DNA of 48,057 nucleotides. Origin: a virus (taxonomy: Duplodnaviria > Heunggongvirae > Uroviricota > Caudoviricetes). The notes under the pieces are model-generated. The model had not been told where the DNA came from. It searched no databases and worked only from the letters and a program-made list of their open reading frames with translations. The translations under genes were made by a program, and so were the position numbers. Positions 29,464 through 40,582 of the stretch are shown in pieces. Numbering within the stretch: position 1 is the first letter of the stretch; each line of letters opens with the position of its first letter. Location of the stretch: the IMG/VR virus record IMGVR_UViG_3300048091_000424; one strand, 5' to 3'.

Positions 29464-29631
29464 TCGATACCTCAATCTGTGCAACCCTGTGGGACATCAT
29501 AGCGAGTACGCCTTGGCTAAAGCCAATTCAGTGGTTGCCCAAAAACTATTCTGATAAATTGCCACAAGCCAAACTAGACAAGACCGAAAAGGTTTCGCTG
29601 CCAAAAATCTTTCACTTTTCAGGATCAAAAA

Positions 29632-29955
29632 ATGAACGAGCAACTCGGCGAGCTTGACGAAGATGAGATGTATTTGGTTCTGCGCCACCGCAGGTTAAAG
29701 GCGTACCATAGTCGTCCCATGACAATCATCACAAAGGCCCTGCTGGCCTGCGTTGCTCTTTCTGGCATTTCGATTGTGGTCATTTGCTCCACGATGATTA
29801 GTCAAGTTAATGATTACAAGGCGAACGGAGAACAAGGCGAGGTGCCAGCGCCGCTGTCCTGGCTGTTCAAACCAAAACCGAAACAACTTCAAGCCACCGT
29901 AGATCAATGCAATCCGACCAATACCAGCCATGTGGAGGGTGTAGAGCGTGAATGA
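29632..29955 (+). CDS. Small single-pass membrane protein
   Basis: TM segment ALLACVALSGISIVVICSTM. Confidence 0.55.
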   Translation: MNEQLGELDEDEMYLVLRHRRLKAYHSRPMTIITKALLACVALSGISIVVICSTMISQVNDYKANGEQGEVPAPLSWLFKPKPKQLQATVDQCNPTNTSHVEGVERE

Positions 29956-30481
29956 TTCTGTGTTGATTCACCGTGAGAAACGTTCAAGGTTGAAGCGTTG
30001 GGCCCTGAAATTCGGCCTGTCGAGCCATTTTGACTCTGTAGCTCTGTACTTCCTGATTGAAGATCAAAAGAAGCTCTACAACCAGTTCAAGCACCTTGAA
30101 ATGGTGAGTCCAAAATATCGGACGGAGATCCGGGATAGCGACAAGGAGCTGGCGCATCAGCTATTGCAGATTGCGAACGCCCATGGCTTGCGCTATTACG
30201 GCTATATGGATGCCGGCCACTTACATTTTGGTTGCGTTTATCCCGAGTACATCCAGCTCATTCGGATATATGTTTCAGGTTGGCCAAAGGGTGCAGAGAT
30301 GCGGCTCGACTTCAACAGCCACAACGGACAGCTCGTGCCTGAGATACTCGTTAGGGCCGCTGTCGCCGCCTATAACGCGCCGATCACACCACCGGATGCC
30401 ATGGCGCATAAGCTCCTTGATCTGCTTGCGGAGGGACAACGGTTACGAATGGAATTTCTCGCAAATGACGCGGTTGAATAA
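29948..30481 (+). CDS. Hypothetical protein
   Basis: GTG start overlapping the upstream stop, with a GGAGGG RBS. Confidence 0.6.
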   Translation: MNDSVLIHREKRSRLKRWALKFGLSSHFDSVALYFLIEDQKKLYNQFKHLEMVSPKYRTEIRDSDKELAHQLLQIANAHGLRYYGYMDAGHLHFGCVYPEYIQLIRIYVSGWPKGAEMRLDFNSHNGQLVPEILVRAAVAAYNAPITPPDAMAHKLLDLLAEGQRLRMEFLANDAVE

Positions 30482-30539
30482 TTTCAAATAATGGAATGTG
30501 AGCAGTCATCGGAAGTCAGCGTCGATGAGTCTCTCCTTT

Positions 30540-31106
30540 TCAACTCGCGACGTATGGTTGAGCGGAGCAGAGATCAAAGCAGTCTTTGACCTGCGGTAGC
30601 TTGTACATGGAGGGACAGCACCTGTACAGGTGACGCGGATGGCGTTGAAGCGTCGCGATTTCATTACGCTCAATGAGATAACCTAGCGCATCTACTGTGT
30701 CCAGGGCCAGGTCTTGGATCTCGACAGTCCTGTTTCGATGCTTGGGATGGGGCACCAGCGGTTTGTCTAACATCCTCGGTTCGCAAGAACTCAGCATGTC
30801 CTGGCTGGGATCGTAATCTGCAGGAACGTAATAGCGAACGCTGTGAACGGCGATGTGCCTGTCTGCCACGGCCCAACGAGTGATTACGGTGAACTCGGGG
30901 AGAAAAGCTGGTGTATTCAGCAGAATGCCTTCAGCACCCCATTTTACACCTTGCCGGCAAGCCACCAGATACCGACCGTTTCTGTAAGGATGACACAGCG
31001 ACAGGTCGTGCTCGGCGGTGAGCGTCAGGTCGAACTCCTTGATCGTCAGATCCACTAACGCGCAGCGCTCTGTTGCATGGATCCTGGGAACGATATGAAT
31101 AAACAC
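30540..31106 (-). CDS. Hypothetical plasmid protein (DUF6012-like)
   Basis: MFIHIVP...PYRNGRYLVACR.G...GILL.T...FTVITRW...H.V.Y pattern, recognised from memory only. Confidence 0.55.
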   Translation of the reverse strand: MFIHIVPRIHATERCALVDLTIKEFDLTLTAEHDLSLCHPYRNGRYLVACRQGVKWGAEGILLNTPAFLPEFTVITRWAVADRHIAVHSVRYYVPADYDPSQDMLSSCEPRMLDKPLVPHPKHRNRTVEIQDLALDTVDALGYLIERNEIATLQRHPRHLYRCCPSMYKLPQVKDCFDLCSAQPYVAS

Positions 31107-31171
31107 GGAGATCCTCCTCGGAATGAGTGAAGCGGCACCCCTACTGATAAGGGGCGCCGCGTCGGCAACGC

Positions 31172-33442
31172 TTACACCGTCACTTTCTTAACCGCAATGG
31201 CATCGACCTTCTGGTAACCCTGTGGAAGCTTGCTACCCCGCTTGCCACGAACGCCACGATAGGTCTCCTGATCGCTCGCCTTGATGGTCATGCTTTGCTT
31301 GCCGGCAGTCACCACCAGATCCTCATCGGCGGTGTGCACGATTAGCTGAATCATCAGCTCCTCCCGCCTTTCTGCACGCTCGGAGGAAATGCTGATGATC
31401 TTGTTACCTTTGCCTTTGCCCAGCTGCGGCAGCTCAGACACCGGGAACGTCAGCAGGCGACCTTCATTGGTCACCGCCGAGATCAGGTCGGTTTCTGGGT
31501 TGCTGATCAGCACCGGGATTGAGGATTTGGCACCTTCTGGCAGCGACAGCAGCGCCTTACCGCTCTTGTTCTTGGCCTGGAGGTCTTCGCCTTTGACCAC
31601 AAAGCCGTAACCGGCGTCCGAGGAAATCACGTACAGGGCGTTGTCATCCGGCATCATTACCCATTCGCAGGACGCTGCTGGCGGCATGCTCAGTTTGCCG
31701 GTGAGCGGTTCGCCTTGACCCCGTGCAGAAGGCAACAGGTGAGTTGGGAGCGAGTAGCTGCGACCGGTGGTGTCCATGAACACTGCCGACTGGTTGGAGC
31801 GACCATTTGCTGCACACTTGAACATGTCGCCGGCCTTGTACGACAGGCTGGCGCCATCGATGTCGTGGCCTTTGGCGCAGCGCACCCAGCCCTTGTCGGA
31901 CAGCACCACCGTGACCGGTTCGGACGGCAGCAACTCGGTTTCCGACATGGCCTTGGCCTCGCCCCGCTCCACCAGCGGCGAGCGACGGTCATCACCGTAG
32001 GTTTCGGCGTCAGCGATGAGTTCGCCACGCACCAGACCACGCAGTTTCGACTCGTTGCCCAGCTTATCTGTCAGGTCGGCCCGCTCGATCAGCAGTTCAT
32101 CCTGCTCACCGCGAATTTTCATCTCTTCCAGGCGAGCGAGCTGGCGCAGTCGGGTTTCCAGGATGTAGTCAGCCTGGACGTCGGTCAGCTTGAATTCGTC
32201 GATCAGCGCTTGTTTTGGGGCTTCCTCGGTGCGGATGATATGAATCACCCGATCCATGTTCAGGAACGCGATCAACAAGCCTTCCAGCAAGTGCAGGCGC
32301 TTGTTGACCTTGTCGAGACGGAACTGCAAGCGCCGGCGAACGGTGTCGATCCTGTAGTGCAGCCACTCAGAAAGCATGTTGTGCAGGTTTTTGACCTGTG
32401 GACTGCCATCCAGGCCGATGACGTTCATGTTCACCCGGTAGCTCGATTCCAGCTCGGTGGTCGCGAACAGGTGGCTCATCAGTGCGTCGTGGTCGAACTT
32501 TTTACGGGCGACCGGGATGATCACGATCCGGCAAGGGTTTTCGTGGTCGGACTCATCGCGCAGATCGGCAATTTGTGGTGCCTTGGAAGGCTTGGCCTGC
32601 ATCATGGCCGCGATCTGTTCCAGCACCTTGGCACCGGAGACCTGGTGCGGCAGCGAGGTGATGACGATGTCTCCGTCTTCAACGGTGTACACCGCCCGCA
32701 TCCGCAACGAACCCTTGCCCGAGGCGTACATCTTCATTAGCTCGGCTTTCGGCGTGATGATTTCAGCTTCAGTCGGATAGTCCGGGCCCTGAATGTGTTC
32801 CATCAGTTGCTCGAGACTGGCCTGTGGCTCGTCGAGCAAGCGAACGCAGGCGCCGGCGACTTCGCGCAGGTTGTGCGGCGGTACGTCGGTGGCCATACCC
32901 ACGGCAATGCCCGTGGTGCCATTGAGCAGAATGTTCGGCAGTCGGGCTGGCAGCGTGGAGGGCTCATCCAACGTGCCGTCGAAGTTCGGCTGCCAATCGA
33001 CCGTACCCTGGTCGATCTCGGAAAGCAGAGACTCAGCGTAGCGCGACAAGCGAGCTTCGGTGTATCGCATGGCGGCGAAGGACTTGGGATCATCCGGCGC
33101 ACCCCAGTTACCCTGGCCATCGACCAGCGTGTAGCGGTAGCTGAAGGGTTGTGCCATCAGCACCATCGCTTCGTAGCAGGCGGAGTCGCCGTGGGGATGG
33201 TACTTGCCGAGCACGTCACCAACCGTACGCGCCGACTTCTTGTGCTTGGAATCAGCGTCCAGGCCCAGTTGGTTCATCGCGTAGACAATGCGGCGCTGCA
33301 CCGGCTTCAGGCCATCACCGATATGCGGCAATGCACGATCCAGGATCACGTACATCGAGTAGTTGAGGTAAGCCTGCTCGGTGAAGGCGTGCATCGAGCG
33401 TTTTTCGACGCCGTCCAGGCTCTGGTCTATGGCTTCAGACAT
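31172..33442 (-). CDS. parC: DNA topoisomerase IV subunit A
   Basis: [43 protein letters not shown], catalytic AAMRYTE; Pseudomonas-like sequence; GGAG RBS before ATG 33442. Confidence 0.97.
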   Translation of the reverse strand: MSEAIDQSLDGVEKRSMHAFTEQAYLNYSMYVILDRALPHIGDGLKPVQRRIVYAMNQLGLDADSKHKKSARTVGDVLGKYHPHGDSACYEAMVLMAQPFSYRYTLVDGQGNWGAPDDPKSFAAMRYTEARLSRYAESLLSEIDQGTVDWQPNFDGTLDEPSTLPARLPNILLNGTTGIAVGMATDVPPHNLREVAGACVRLLDEPQASLEQLMEHIQGPDYPTEAEIITPKAELMKMYASGKGSLRMRAVYTVEDGDIVITSLPHQVSGAKVLEQIAAMMQAKPSKAPQIADLRDESDHENPCRIVIIPVARKKFDHDALMSHLFATTELESSYRVNMNVIGLDGSPQVKNLHNMLSEWLHYRIDTVRRRLQFRLDKVNKRLHLLEGLLIAFLNMDRVIHIIRTEEAPKQALIDEFKLTDVQADYILETRLRQLARLEEMKIRGEQDELLIERADLTDKLGNESKLRGLVRGELIADAETYGDDRRSPLVERGEAKAMSETELLPSEPVTVVLSDKGWVRCAKGHDIDGASLSYKAGDMFKCAANGRSNQSAVFMDTTGRSYSLPTHLLPSARGQGEPLTGKLSMPPAASCEWVMMPDDNALYVISSDAGYGFVVKGEDLQAKNKSGKALLSLPEGAKSSIPVLISNPETDLISAVTNEGRLLTFPVSELPQLGKGKGNKIISISSERAERREELMIQLIVHTADEDLVVTAGKQSMTIKASDQETYRGVRGKRGSKLPQGYQKVDAIAVKKVTV

Positions 33443-33728
33443 TGGAAGCTTCTCCATCAATAGGGTGGTCAGCCAGGGATTCTTCTGGCTCAGTCAATAC
33501 AGGTGGCTCTGGAATTTCCAAGGGGCCGAAAAATTGGTATCCGGCGCCTTCCTCGTAAACAAACCTGTCGTAATCACTGTCAAGGCTGGATACGACCCCA
33601 TCGGTGACATCGATCAATTCGTGCATGGCACCATACTGCCCATAGCCAATGGCAACAAAGTAGTCACCGGACACGGTGGGAAGCGTTGTTGTCCAAACGA
33701 GATCGGCTAATGCGATTGGCAGAGTCAT
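33435..33728 (-). CDS. Small hypothetical protein (WT..LP..G.Y...GP family)
   Basis: Overlaps the parC start by 8 bp and the upstream ORF by 4 bp; paralog of 33725..34012. Confidence 0.65.
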   Translation of the reverse strand: MTLPIALADLVWTTTLPTVSGDYFVAIGYGQYGAMHELIDVTDGVVSSLDSDYDRFVYEEGAGYQFFGPLEIPEPPVLTEPEESLADHPIDGEASNV

Positions 33729-34012
33729 GACATGCCCTTCCCTGTGGAATTGAGCATTGGATGACTTGCCATCAATTCAGCAGGAATGGTTGGCACTGGA
33801 ATTGGGCCGTAATACCAGAACTCGTGCAGCTCACTTCGCCAAGTCCCGCCAGGTTCACCGAATTCGAAGCTAAAAACCTGCCCATCAGCTTCGACGCAGA
33901 TTTTTTCAAGGTCGGTGGCGCCAGACGATGGGAGCATCACCCAGTAAAAGCCATCGACTTTAGGTAAGTCCTGAGTCCAGGCCAGCTCGGCGGTGGGCAG
34001 AATATCACTCAC
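33725..34012 (-). CDS. Small hypothetical protein (WT..LP..G.Y...GP family)
   Basis: GTGA overlap with the parE stop; paralog of 33435..33728. Confidence 0.65.
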   Translation of the reverse strand: MSDILPTAELAWTQDLPKVDGFYWVMLPSSGATDLEKICVEADGQVFSFEFGEPGGTWRSELHEFWYYGPIPVPTIPAELMASHPMLNSTGKGMS

Positions 34013-35910
34013 GCCAACACCTCGGCCAAGTTGCCTTTGGTCTCGAGCCAGGTCTTGCGGTCGCCGGCGCGTTTCTTCGACAGCAGCATGTCCATCATTT
34101 CGCTGGTCTGGGCGTAGTCTTCCAGGGTCAGCTGCACCAGACGGCGGGTGTTCGGATCCATGGTGGTCTCACGCAGCTGCGGCGGGTTCATCTCACCCAG
34201 ACCCTTGAATCGGGTCACTTGAGGCGTGCCACGCTTCTTGGTCGCCGCCAGGCGATCCAACACACCATCTCGCTCGGCTTCGTCGAGGGCGTAGAACACT
34301 TCCTTGCCCAGGTCGATGCGGTACAGCGGCGGCATGGCGACGTAGACGTGTCCTGCATCGACCAGCGGACGGAAATGCTGGACGAACAAGGCGCACAGCA
34401 AAGTCGCGATGTGCAGACCGTCGGAGTCGGCATCGGCGAGGATGCAGATCTTGCCATAGCGCAGCTCAGTGAGGTTGTCCGAACCTGGGTCAATACCCAT
34501 GGCCACGGCGATGTTGTGCACTTCCTGGCTGGCCAGCACTTCCCCGCCGTCGACTTCCCAGGTGTTCAGGATCTTACCGCGAAGCGGCAGGATGGCCTGG
34601 AACTCCTTGTCGCGGGCCTGCTTGGCGGAACCGCCTGCAGAGTCACCCTCTACCAGGAACAGTTCAGAACGCATGCTGTCCTGCCCGGAGCAGTCGGCCA
34701 GCTTGCCGGGCAGCGCCGGGCCCTGGGTGATTCGCTTTCGCTCTACGCTTTTGTTGGTTTTGAGGCGGCGACGGGCGTTGTCGATGAACATTTCAGCCAG
34801 CGCCTGGCCCTTTTCAGGGTTACCGTTGAGCCACAGACTGAAGGCATCCTTGACCACGCCGGAAACGAATGACGACGCGTTACGCGAGGACAGACGCTCT
34901 TTGGTCTGGCCCGAGAACTGGGCGTCCTGCATTTTCAACGAGACGACGTGTGAAATCTTGTCCCAGACGTCTTCCGGGGTCAGTTTCACGCCACGCGGAA
35001 GGATGTTGCGGAATTCGCAGAACTCACGCACGGCATCGAGCAAGCCCTGGCGCAGGCCGTTGACGTGTGTACCACCTTGCGCAGTCGGGATCAGGTTGAC
35101 GTAGCTTTCTTGAATCAGCTCGCCGCCCTCGGGTTGCCACAGCAACGCCCACTCAACCGCTTCTTTGGTACCAGAGAAGGAACCGGTGAACGGCACTTCC
35201 GGCATCTTTAGCCATTCGTCGCCGCAGGCTTCCATCAGGTAGCTTGGCAGGCCATCTTCGTAGTGCCACTCGGTGACTTCACCGGTGTTTTTGTCCTCAA
35301 ACGACACCGCCAGGCCTGGGCACAGAACGGCTTTGGCCTTGAGCACGTGCTTGAGGCGGCTGACGGAGAACTTGGCGAAGTCGAAATACTTCGGATCTGG
35401 CCAGAAGTGAACGCTGGTGCCGGTGTTTTTCTTGCCGACGGTACCGGTGATTGCCATCTCGGTGGCTTTGTAGCCATCCTTGAAGGTCATCTGGTATTCG
35501 TTACCGCCACGCTTGACCCGCACCCGAACATCCGTGGACAAGGCGTTAACCACGGAAATACCCACACCGTGCAAGCCACCGGAGAACGCGTAGTTCTTAT
35601 TGCTGAACTTACCACCTGCGTGCAACTTGGTCAGGATCAGCTCGACACCGCTCACCCCTTCTTCCGGGTGAATGTCCACCGGCATGCCACGACCGTCGTC
35701 GATGACTTCCATCGAGTTGTCGGCATGGAGAATGACCTGAATTGACTTGGCATGGCCGGCCATGGCTTCGTCGACACTGTTGTCGATGACTTCCTGGGCC
35801 AAATGGTTTGGCCGCGTGGTATCGGTGTACATGCCAGGTCGCTTTCGGACAGGATCGAGGCCGGAAAGCACTTCGATGGCGTCAGCGTTGTAACTGTTCG
35901 GTAAAGTCAT
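34009..35910 (-). CDS. parE: DNA topoisomerase IV subunit B
   Basis: YNADAIEVLSGLDPVRKRPGMY, GHKL motifs (EVIDNSVDE, DDGRGMP, GGLHGVG), Toprim EGDSAGG/PLRGK/DADSDG. Alternative start at 35922. Confidence 0.97.
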   Translation of the reverse strand: MTLPNSYNADAIEVLSGLDPVRKRPGMYTDTTRPNHLAQEVIDNSVDEAMAGHAKSIQVILHADNSMEVIDDGRGMPVDIHPEEGVSGVELILTKLHAGGKFSNKNYAFSGGLHGVGISVVNALSTDVRVRVKRGGNEYQMTFKDGYKATEMAITGTVGKKNTGTSVHFWPDPKYFDFAKFSVSRLKHVLKAKAVLCPGLAVSFEDKNTGEVTEWHYEDGLPSYLMEACGDEWLKMPEVPFTGSFSGTKEAVEWALLWQPEGGELIQESYVNLIPTAQGGTHVNGLRQGLLDAVREFCEFRNILPRGVKLTPEDVWDKISHVVSLKMQDAQFSGQTKERLSSRNASSFVSGVVKDAFSLWLNGNPEKGQALAEMFIDNARRRLKTNKSVERKRITQGPALPGKLADCSGQDSMRSELFLVEGDSAGGSAKQARDKEFQAILPLRGKILNTWEVDGGEVLASQEVHNIAVAMGIDPGSDNLTELRYGKICILADADSDGLHIATLLCALFVQHFRPLVDAGHVYVAMPPLYRIDLGKEVFYALDEAERDGVLDRLAATKKRGTPQVTRFKGLGEMNPPQLRETTMDPNTRRLVQLTLEDYAQTSEMMDMLLSKKRAGDRKTWLETKGNLAEVLA

Positions 35911-35941
35911 TGGGCGTTCCATCAAATCAGATAGTGGCAGA

Positions 35942-35970
35942 ATTATGGCGGCGAGTTGTCAATTTGTCAA
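35942..35970 (-). promoter_or_regulatory. Sigma70-type promoter for parE
   Basis: TTGACA (35970..35965), 17-nt spacer, CATAAT (35947..35942). A second TTGACA lies inside the spacer as an ATTGACAA direct repeat. Confidence 0.65.
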
Positions 35971-36279
35971 TTCTTCATGTTTGTTTTTCAAACTTAAAAC
36001 TCTCCTTCAGCCCTTTAAGCACAAGGGTTTCAGCGAAACTCTTGCCGCGACAGCAGGCCTTCAACGACGCCATCTCCGCCACGATTGGGCCAGCAGATGC
36101 CCACCATGATGACATGGTGGATCGCAGAGAATCCATGTCTCACCTTTCACCCTAGCCGGACACGTCCCACCTGCCGAGTTTGCCGCCAGAACGCCCGCCC
36201 CTCACCTTTGCGCCGACTGGTTTCTTCAACTAGCGTTGAGTGGTCGCATCACAGGACGATGGATCACGGGGACTTCTGC

Positions 36280-36855
36280 ATGGCAAGTACGAAAATGGTG
36301 GTTGGATTGCGTATTGAAGTCGACTTCACCGAGTTCCATTCGGGAGAATCAGCCCTACCCTGGGTTAACATGAAAACCCTGGCTCTGGACAGGTTTGCTC
36401 AAATTATTGAAGACACGGTGTATCAGGACTCCAAAATCGAAATCATCTGCCCGGATGACTACCTTGATGTAACGATCCTGGATCCTGAAGTGCGTCAAGA
36501 CTCGCAACTGACAGCTATTAACGAATTCGCCCGAATTTTTCTCGAGCAGTCCATGAAACGACGTAAAGGCCGTGTTGTAGTGGTCTCCAAGCTCTTGGAG
36601 GCGCTGACCGGTGAATGCCGCTCAGGCCTACGTGCACCGCCCTGCTGGTTATTTTTCATCATCAAAGGCAGTACGGATTTGACTAACGGGGTGTGGCTCA
36701 GTCATTTTCTATTGCTCATGCGGGTGCGGCAGGCTGTGTACGATAAGACATCTCGCTCACCCATTGGACAGTGGCTACCCATGTTCAAGATGGTGGCCGA
36801 GGATTGCCTCGGCTTGAAACTGCGTGATGAGGTTATGGTCGGGCGGATTCTTTGA
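36280..36855 (+). CDS. Hypothetical protein
   Basis: GGGGA RBS before ATG 36280. Confidence 0.6.
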   Translation: MASTKMVVGLRIEVDFTEFHSGESALPWVNMKTLALDRFAQIIEDTVYQDSKIEIICPDDYLDVTILDPEVRQDSQLTAINEFARIFLEQSMKRRKGRVVVVSKLLEALTGECRSGLRAPPCWLFFIIKGSTDLTNGVWLSHFLLLMRVRQAVYDKTSRSPIGQWLPMFKMVAEDCLGLKLRDEVMVGRIL

Positions 36856-36933
36856 GCTCAACCAGCGGGAAACCCTGTTGCATAGTGTCAATTCTCTCAG
36901 TATATTACAGCTATACCGAACAGGGAGGTCTTT

Positions 36934-37140
36934 ATGCACCTTTACACCATTCATGACATCAGCACCAACAGAACAAAGCTGGTTGGGGAACGCGAGTTTG
37001 TCGAATTCCTTATCGAGCGTGGGAATGAATTCCAGTCGGCGCATGCCCTTCAATTCGCCATACAAAATCACGGCCCTCGAATGGTCAATGGTCAGTTTAT
37101 GATCACCATGCATGACACGGTAAAGCTGGGCTTGGCCTAG
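36934..37140 (+). CDS. Small hypothetical protein
   Basis: Strong GGGAGG RBS; 68 aa. Confidence 0.55.
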   Translation: MHLYTIHDISTNRTKLVGEREFVEFLIERGNEFQSAHALQFAIQNHGPRMVNGQFMITMHDTVKLGLA

Positions 37141-37363
37141 CAGGCTGTGGTCGCCGGCAGTGGGCGCTGTTGAGGTGTGCTTGTCGAGAGAAAAGAGTCG
37201 CCTCTTCCGCGAAGCGGGCTATGCCCCTGATGGCCGGAGCACGCCCAATGCGCTTGTCTGGGGTTGTGGCCAACCGATCCTGGAGCCACGGTGTGCGAGG
37301 CTATCGTTTATCCCGCTATCGCTCCGTTGCTAACATGAAACCATTGCTTCCGGGGTCAAACGC

Positions 37364-38440
37364 ATGATTAAGCTCAAAGAAGGTCGTTCCAATTACTACA
37401 AGGCCGATGACACCTACGAGTTCCGTCTCGATCAGGGCGGAAGACGGTGGTATTTCGAGGTTCAGTCGGTGGATGGAGTGGCGCTTGAGGGTGAGATGGC
37501 CAGCGGGCAAGTCCAGGGACGCGAGTGTGACGTGCTCACCATGCGCAGTGGTGATGAGCAATTTCGTTGGCATTTCGGTAATGACAACTTCATCACCGAG
37601 AAGAAGCTGAGAAACATCCTAAAAGCCCTGGAGAAAGACCCAGGCTTTAGAGATCAATTCAGGCGCCCAGCAGAAAAGCTAAAGATGGTGAACACCGCTC
37701 ACCTGTCATCTCTAATCCAGAAAGCATTCGGTGATCACAGCGTGACGTCTGCAGGTACCGAAAAACCCACCGGGCACTCCTGGGAGCTCGCCACCAAGGT
37801 GGTGATCAACCAGAAATTGCCGGACGACTTCATGGCTTTTGCCAGAAAGTACGAGCATCTGAGCCTCGTCAAATCCAGGGGCAAGACCGCGCTAATGGTG
37901 CACTTCCCTCTTGGACTTGCCAGCGAAGCCAACGCCATGTTCTTGAAGATCCTGACTGATTACACTCAGGGTTGCCTGGGAACCCCGAAAGACTACAAGT
38001 TGGATGGTAAAGCGGTTTCTACCCGACTGGCTCGGCCAAGTATCCCGGAAGACTTGTTGAAGCTGATAATGCCCAACGTCGAGGAAAAGGCCGAATCACT
38101 CAAAGGCCCGAGCCATCCAGCTACCGTCAAAAAGATTTTGGATGAAATGAAAGCTGGCCGGGATCGTTTCTCGGGCATGCGCCTGGGAACGCTGAAAGAA
38201 TGCGTCGGCGATGCGGTGATTTACACGTTCGAAGAAGCGTGTGAAGCCGCCAAGAAACACCACCAGAAAAGTTATTTCACCCATACGTTCAAGCCGGATA
38301 ACTACGTCGCACGGTGCATTCGCTGGCACCTGCGCGGGCTTTCCGTAGAGCATGCCGTCGAGAAGGTCGAGCAGGAAAACCGGGCTGCCGAAAACAGCAT
38401 CGCGCTCCGTAGGGGTGAGTCTGTCTATCAGCCGCTCTGA
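37364..38440 (+). CDS. Hypothetical protein
   Basis: 358-aa ORF; no family recognised. Confidence 0.75.
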   Translation: MIKLKEGRSNYYKADDTYEFRLDQGGRRWYFEVQSVDGVALEGEMASGQVQGRECDVLTMRSGDEQFRWHFGNDNFITEKKLRNILKALEKDPGFRDQFRRPAEKLKMVNTAHLSSLIQKAFGDHSVTSAGTEKPTGHSWELATKVVINQKLPDDFMAFARKYEHLSLVKSRGKTALMVHFPLGLASEANAMFLKILTDYTQGCLGTPKDYKLDGKAVSTRLARPSIPEDLLKLIMPNVEEKAESLKGPSHPATVKKILDEMKAGRDRFSGMRLGTLKECVGDAVIYTFEEACEAAKKHHQKSYFTHTFKPDNYVARCIRWHLRGLSVEHAVEKVEQENRAAENSIALRRGESVYQPL

Positions 38441-38529
38441 GCGCTTAATTGTCACACGCCAAAACCCGTATTCGTTTACAAAAATAGCCTGGCTGGGCGC
38501 CCCCCCAGCCTAAATAAAAAGGTAAGTCC

Positions 38530-39858
38530 ATGACACGTTCCGCCCAAATTGCTGCTGCAATACAATACAACCTGGTACCAATGACCGAGAATACCCGTGC
38601 CATCCTGGACAGCGGGCAGGCTGTCACTGGTGAGATGCTGCATGACCTGTACATCAGCTCGCTCGACGACGCGTTCAACCTGGCGTTGCACGGCGCCGAC
38701 AAGGACGCCATCAAAGATTACTTTTCGAGGGTGGTCGAAGTCGACGTGAAACCCGCTGAAGGGGAAGATTTCATGCAGTCGCTGGCGGCCTGGATGAAAT
38801 TGGATCTGTCTCGATCCATTTTCGAAGCCATCGGCGTTAATGCGGGCTTAGTACGCTACCAGGGCAATGATAAAATCGAACCGCTGGATCTTGATCAGCT
38901 CCCCACTGGGCCTGTCATCAGTGTCATGGGCCGGGTAATCAGGGATTCACCTGAAGATCCGATTGAACCTGAGATCCAGGAGGTGGTGAACGCCTGCAAC
39001 AAATACGCACAAATGCTCCCGCTCCTGAAACAAGCGACTTCAAACTTAGTTCTGGAGAATGCAGAAAACGGCACTGCCTTGGACGCAGCGCTGGAGACCT
39101 GGTCTAAGGCTGATGGGATTCTGACCCGCTTCGAAAAATCAGATTCCAACCCAGTGTTAACTGACGATGTGTTCGCCCTCATCATCGAGAAGAACAAGTC
39201 ATTAGCAAAAGGCACGCAGATGATCGACACCGTTGCAAGGACGCTGAAAGCGTCTTCGGACGAAAAACGTCTGCAGATCGCCGCGTCCGTCCTCAAAGCA
39301 GTCGATGGTTTCGACCCTGCCGGTGGTTACGCTCAATCTGGCCTGAAGTTATTCATTGCCCTGCAAAAAACTTACTTGAGTACTGACAACGGTAAGCACC
39401 GCGCCCAAGCACTGAACCTGATGGATGCGTTCCACGAGAAGTACTTCACCACTCCTACTGCCAAAGCCGTTCTTGCCACGATGTATGGCGATGGCTGGGC
39501 GCCGGCCACTGTTCCAGTGTTGACCAATGACATCGTTAAAGCGATGGAAAATGGCGCCAGTCCGAAGGTCTTGTACGATGCCCTCTCGCGCACCCACAAA
39601 CTCAATCCGGCCAATGACCCGGCTATCAACCCGTCTGGCGTACTCCCAACGACGAACCTCGAGGTCGCCGTAAAAATGTCCCCTGGTTATGACTCCCTGG
39701 TGGCCGTGGCGCTCAGCCATTACCTTGGCAAAGATGCCAGCAATCACTCCAGAGTCCAGAACACCATTACGGACACCTGGCAGGATGAAATTCTGGCCAA
39801 GGCCAGGGCAATCCAGCTCACGAACGAAAGCAAGCTCGACGCTGGGTTAACCCTATAA
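38530..39858 (+). CDS. Hypothetical helical protein
   Basis: 442-aa ORF with an AAGGT RBS, followed by a terminator. Confidence 0.8.
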   Translation: MTRSAQIAAAIQYNLVPMTENTRAILDSGQAVTGEMLHDLYISSLDDAFNLALHGADKDAIKDYFSRVVEVDVKPAEGEDFMQSLAAWMKLDLSRSIFEAIGVNAGLVRYQGNDKIEPLDLDQLPTGPVISVMGRVIRDSPEDPIEPEIQEVVNACNKYAQMLPLLKQATSNLVLENAENGTALDAALETWSKADGILTRFEKSDSNPVLTDDVFALIIEKNKSLAKGTQMIDTVARTLKASSDEKRLQIAASVLKAVDGFDPAGGYAQSGLKLFIALQKTYLSTDNGKHRAQALNLMDAFHEKYFTTPTAKAVLATMYGDGWAPATVPVLTNDIVKAMENGASPKVLYDALSRTHKLNPANDPAINPSGVLPTTNLEVAVKMSPGYDSLVAVALSHYLGKDASNHSRVQNTITDTWQDEILAKARAIQLTNESKLDAGLTL

Positions 39859-39878
39859 TCCACCTCGTTGAGAAACAG

Positions 39879-39906
39879 AAAAGGCCGTCATCTGATGGCC
39901 TTTTTT
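39879..39906. terminator. Bidirectional intrinsic terminator
   Basis: AAAAGGCCGTCA-TC-TGATGGCCTTTTTT. Confidence 0.75.
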
Positions 39907-40582
39907 ATTCCCTGGGTTCAAAGCGAGCCCTGTTCCAGGGAGTGGCGACCTTCTCTCTGTGTCGATGCCGCACGACATCCTCAAGACTCCATGGGGAGTG
40001 GATCCTGCTTCATCTCAGATTGTGGCTGTTGCGACGCTCTTTCCAATACTCGCGTGCCGTGGCGGCGCCTTTGTTTAGCACTCCCATGATCTCCTAAAAC
40101 CTTACGGTCGCATCGGCTTGTTTCATCGAGTGCGAAGAAATGACGGTACCGTCTGGCATTCGGAGTTTTACTTCCATTATTTACCCTGCACGTAGAACTT
40201 TTAGGATGTATTGCCGAATTTTGCCTGGTGATGGGAATGCAGACCAACAACTTCATCGAATGCCCGGTGAACAGTCGACCGCAAGAAGCAAAAAAGGCGA
40301 AACCATCACTGGCCTCGCCTTCGTTGCATCCAGAAGCAGCACCCGCTGAGGCATGGAGGAGGAATTGCGGCGCGGTGACCCTTCGGCCCTGGTGCTCTCC
40401 CTCCAAAACGTCCATCACAAGCCAGATCGGTGTCCACGAAAGCAGATTCAGCGACCTGAGCAGCCATTGCTGCCTGGACACCTTCAATGCTAACACGGCC
40501 TTCTTGCTTGGCGCCACCGGCCATGAAGCCACCCCGACGTAGGGTGGCGCGACCAGCCCGGTCACGCCTGCCAGAGCGCACC

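Noticed and set aside
33172-33210. Quinolone-resistance allele in plasmid parC
   Set aside because: The QRDR reads HGDSACYE, i.e. wild-type Ser and Glu.
31389-35745. Many alternative-frame ORFs within parC/parE
   Set aside because: Antisense or shifted shadows typical of GC3-biased genes.
39909-40580. Overlapping short ORFs between the terminator and the membrane-protein gene
   Set aside because: No consistent RBS, conflicting frames, no recognisable motifs.
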